Both the position numbers and the translations under genes were made by a program. Of a stretch of 31,221 nt of DNA, positions 28,517 through 31,221 are shown in pieces. Within the stretch, counting starts at the first letter, position 1; every line of letters begins with the position of its first letter. The DNA comes from an uncultured Planctomycetaceae bacterium (lineage in GTDB: Bacteria; Planctomycetota; Planctomycetia; Pirellulales; Lacipirellulaceae): NCBI GenBank assembly GCA_964526975.1, contig CAZGMU010000006.1:1211-32431 (forward strand). Direction: 5' to 3'. The notes beneath the pieces were generated by a model that made no database searches, was not told the DNA's origin, and saw only the letters and a list, made by a program, of their open reading frames with translations.

Positions 28517-28778
28517 GTAGCTGAATTCCCCAGAATTCGGACGCGGTCGGAATGGCTCTTTAAAATGTTTCGGCAATTAGGATTCACCACAGAGGCACAG
28601 AGCACACGGAGAAGAGGAGGACAGGCAGAAGAACACTAATCGCCGCTGATCTACGCTAATCAATCAGAATTAAGAAGGAGATCGAGTTCGCCTCTTGTTC
28701 GATAGTTGAGATTAGCGGGGATTAGTGAAGATTAGTGTTCCTAAATCTCTTCTCCGTGCCCTCTGTGTCTCTGTGGTT
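28517..28778. repeat. Single GAATTC-family REP plus a two-level nested palindrome
   Basis: REP at 28517-28543; outer accacagaggcacagag arms at 28586 and 28778; inner aacactaat arms at 28632-28661 and 28710-28739. Confidence 0.85.
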
Positions 28779-28863
28779 ATTCTGAAAACCGAAGATTGCT
28801 ATTGAGTGTTGAGTCGGTCCACGGCGAATGTTCTGTTTTTGCTTGCACCACGGGAGAAGAGAA

Positions 28864-29481
28864 ATGCGTAGTGGAAAAATCATTGCCCTCGTGCTGTTGA
28901 GTGGAGCGGCTGTTTTTGCGACGGCGCTCGCTCAGGCCAAGGAAAGCAAATTCAACAAGGTTCTCAGCGTCGGCGAGAAGGCCCCCGATTTTGCGGAGCT
29001 TCCCGGTATCGACGACAAGCAGCACGACCTGCGTGAATATAAAGACGCCAAGGCAGTCGTCCTGGTTTTCACTTGCAACCATTGCCCGGTCGCGGTCGCC
29101 TATGAAGATCGGCTGGTGGCGTTGCAGAAAGAGTTCAAGAAGCAGGGCGTGCAAGTCGTCGCGATTTGTTCCAACCCTGAAGACACCGATAAGTTGCCCG
29201 AGCTGAAGGCCCGGGCGGAAAGCAAGAAATTCAATTTCCCGTATTTGCACGACGGCGACCAGAAAACGGGCCAGGCGTACGGAGCCGCGGTGACGCCGCA
29301 TGTGTTCTTGTTGGATAAAGACCGGAAGATCGCCTACATGGGCGCGATCGACGACAGCCAGAATCCCGAGAAGGTGTCGAAGCATTACCTGAGCGATGCC
29401 ATTAAGGCCGTGCTCGCCGGCAAGGCGCCGGAAACGACCGAGACGCGCCAGTTTGGTTGTGGTATTCGCTACGGTGGTTAA
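28864..29481 (+). CDS. Secreted thioredoxin/AhpC-TSA family protein
   Basis: Signal peptide; GEKAPDF, VFTCNHCP, YGAAVTPHVF, GCGI. Confidence 0.92.
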   Translation: MRSGKIIALVLLSGAAVFATALAQAKESKFNKVLSVGEKAPDFAELPGIDDKQHDLREYKDAKAVVLVFTCNHCPVAVAYEDRLVALQKEFKKQGVQVVAICSNPEDTDKLPELKARAESKKFNFPYLHDGDQKTGQAYGAAVTPHVFLLDKDRKIAYMGAIDDSQNPEKVSKHYLSDAIKAVLAGKAPETTETRQFGCGIRYGG

Positions 29482-29505
29482 TTCCGAAGTGCGGGAGACC
29501 TGATC

Positions 29506-30681
29506 ATGCGTCGGTGGATGGGTGGACTTGTTGTTTTCTCTAGCGTTTTGACGTTCGCCTTTGCTCAGCCTATCCAGGCGGCGCCGAAGGGGTTTACCGA
29601 GCTACGCATTGGCGACAAAGCGCCCGACTTCGACCTGCCTGGGGTTGATGGCAAACGCTACTCGCTGAAAGACTTTGCCGATGCCAAGCTGCTGCTGGTG
29701 GTCTTTACGTGCAATCATTGTCCTACGGCACAAGCATACGAAGAGCGGATCAAGCAGCTAGACGCCGACTACAAGGAGAAAGGCGTCGCGCTAGTTGCAA
29801 TCTCGCCGAACGACGACCGCGCCCTGCGGCTGGACGAGCTGGGCTACACCGACGTGGGCGACTCGTTCGACGATATGAAGCTGCGCGCGAAAGAGCAGAG
29901 CTTCAAGTTTCCATACCTCTACGACGGCGAGACGCAGAAAACCGCGCTCGCGTATGGCGTGCTGGCGACGCCGCAGGTGTATTTGTTCGACAGCGAGCGG
30001 AAGCTGCGTTACGTGGGCCGGATTGACGACTCGGATGTAAAGACAGTGACCAGCCACGACGCGCGGAACGCTATCGATGCGTTATTGGCAGGCAAGGCCG
30101 TGCCCGTGGAGAAGACTCGCAACTTCGGTTGCTCCACCAAGTGGGCAGAGAAACGGGCCGATGCCGCGGCTTCGATCGAGAAGTGGAACAAGGAGCCGGT
30201 CACGCTCCGGCCGCTCGACGAGGCCACGCTGGCCGAGTTGGTCAAGAATGACTCGGACCAATGGCTGCTTGTGAATGTCTGGGCGACGTATTGTTCGCCG
30301 TGTATTGAGGAACTGCCCGAGTTCGTAACGATCAATCGCATGTATCGGCAGCGGAATGTGCGTGTCATCACGATTACGCTTGATGATCCGGAGCAAGCCG
30401 AGACAGCGAAAAAGATTCTCGAAGATCGCCATGTGGCGCTCGTGAATTTCATCTCGGCGATTCCAAGCGCGGATCGATTGGCCGATTTGCTCGATCCAGA
30501 ATGGCGGGGCGTGTTGCCGCATACGGTTTTGATTGCGCCGGGCGGCAAGGTGGTGTTTCGGAGCGACGGCGAGATCAAGCCGCTGGAAGTGCGCCGCGCG
30601 ATCGTCGAGCAGATTGGCCGGACGTATGCGAATCGGGCGAAGAAGGCGGCAGGCGATCGATCGACAAGATTTGGAAAGTAA
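29506..30681 (+). CDS. Two-domain redoxin (CNHCP domain plus TlpA-like domain)
   Basis: VFTCNHCP and FGCSTKW in the first domain; NVWATYCSPC..ELP in the second. Confidence 0.92.
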   Translation: MRRWMGGLVVFSSVLTFAFAQPIQAAPKGFTELRIGDKAPDFDLPGVDGKRYSLKDFADAKLLLVVFTCNHCPTAQAYEERIKQLDADYKEKGVALVAISPNDDRALRLDELGYTDVGDSFDDMKLRAKEQSFKFPYLYDGETQKTALAYGVLATPQVYLFDSERKLRYVGRIDDSDVKTVTSHDARNAIDALLAGKAVPVEKTRNFGCSTKWAEKRADAAASIEKWNKEPVTLRPLDEATLAELVKNDSDQWLLVNVWATYCSPCIEELPEFVTINRMYRQRNVRVITITLDDPEQAETAKKILEDRHVALVNFISAIPSADRLADLLDPEWRGVLPHTVLIAPGGKVVFRSDGEIKPLEVRRAIVEQIGRTYANRAKKAAGDRSTRFGK

Positions 30682-30804
30682 AAATTTGTAGCTCTGTGGT
30701 TATTGCAGCGTCTGACTATTGATACCTGCGTAGCGAAGGTGCCATTGTTCGAAACGTATATTATTGGAAGCTAGAACTAGGGAACACGAATGATCGCTCT
30801 TATT

Positions 30805-30876
30805 GTCATTCCCGCGTAGGCGGGAATCCAGATTGTTTTGTGCCTGAGGCTAGGTTCCCGCCTGCGCGGGAATGAC
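30805..30876. repeat. REP doublet, GTCATTCCCGCG..GCGGGAATCC type
   Basis: gtcattcccgcgtaggcgggaatccag...ctaggttcccgcctgcgcgggaatgac; the same motif class as the Neisseria dRS3 repeat. Confidence 0.85.
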
Positions 30877-30943
30877 GCTCGGAAACGAGTCCGAAACGCA
30901 TAGCTAAGGAACGACTCAATCATAACTTCCCCATTTCCGGAAT

Positions 30944-31221
30944 AACCACGGAGACACGGAGGGCACGGAGAAGAAAGTGAAGAGCATCTAACAAAATGAA
31001 TGAAACCGCCAAGAACACCAAGCAATTCACGGCTGATTTCTGTCATCCTGCGTACTTTGCGACTTGGCGGTTCAATTGTTAGCCGCATTAAGGAGGATAG
31101 GACCACTAATCTTCACTGATCCCCGCTAATATCAGTAATCAAAGAAGGAGACTATCTTTTACCTCATGCGTAGATTCGTGGCGATTCGTGTTCTTCTGCC
31201 TCTATTTCTGTCTTCTCTGTG
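30944..31221. repeat. Nested palindrome cluster, truncated by the window end
   Basis: Outer aaccacggagacacggag arm (30944), AACCGCCAAG element (30990-31080), and a cactaatcttcac arm (about 31103-31130) matching the inverse of 28710-28739. Confidence 0.8.

Overview
This is a roughly 55-60% GC planctomycete window, probably Pirellulales; the PEP-CTERM abundance is Lacipirellulaceae-like. The left half holds typical PVC catabolic or periplasmic genes: a partial MFS transporter, an SGNH/beta-propeller/CxxCH heme protein, an enolase-superfamily enzyme, a DUF1501 + DUF1553 cytochrome c pair, a putative glycoside hydrolase, an amidohydrolase and a ceramidase-like hydrolase. The right half holds four PEP-CTERM proteins (one a low-GC trypsin-like protease), DinB, an atypical receiver, a small basic protein, a DUF1559 pilin-like gene, a coiled-coil membrane protein, a rhomboid protease and two redoxins. 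No rRNA, tRNA, CRISPR array or transposase was seen. Two things stand out. (1) A His/Cys-rich DUF2946-like leader ORF ending in RGPP lies upstream of the DUF1559 gene and has sequence complementary to that gene's Shine-Dalgarno; this is a candidate metal-sensing ribosome-arrest switch. (2) The intergenic spaces carry many distinct palindromic repeat families that insert into one another, up to six nested levels at 1356-1903. All product calls come from motif recognition by eye; no database search was run. Start codons that differ from the ORF track are my judgement.
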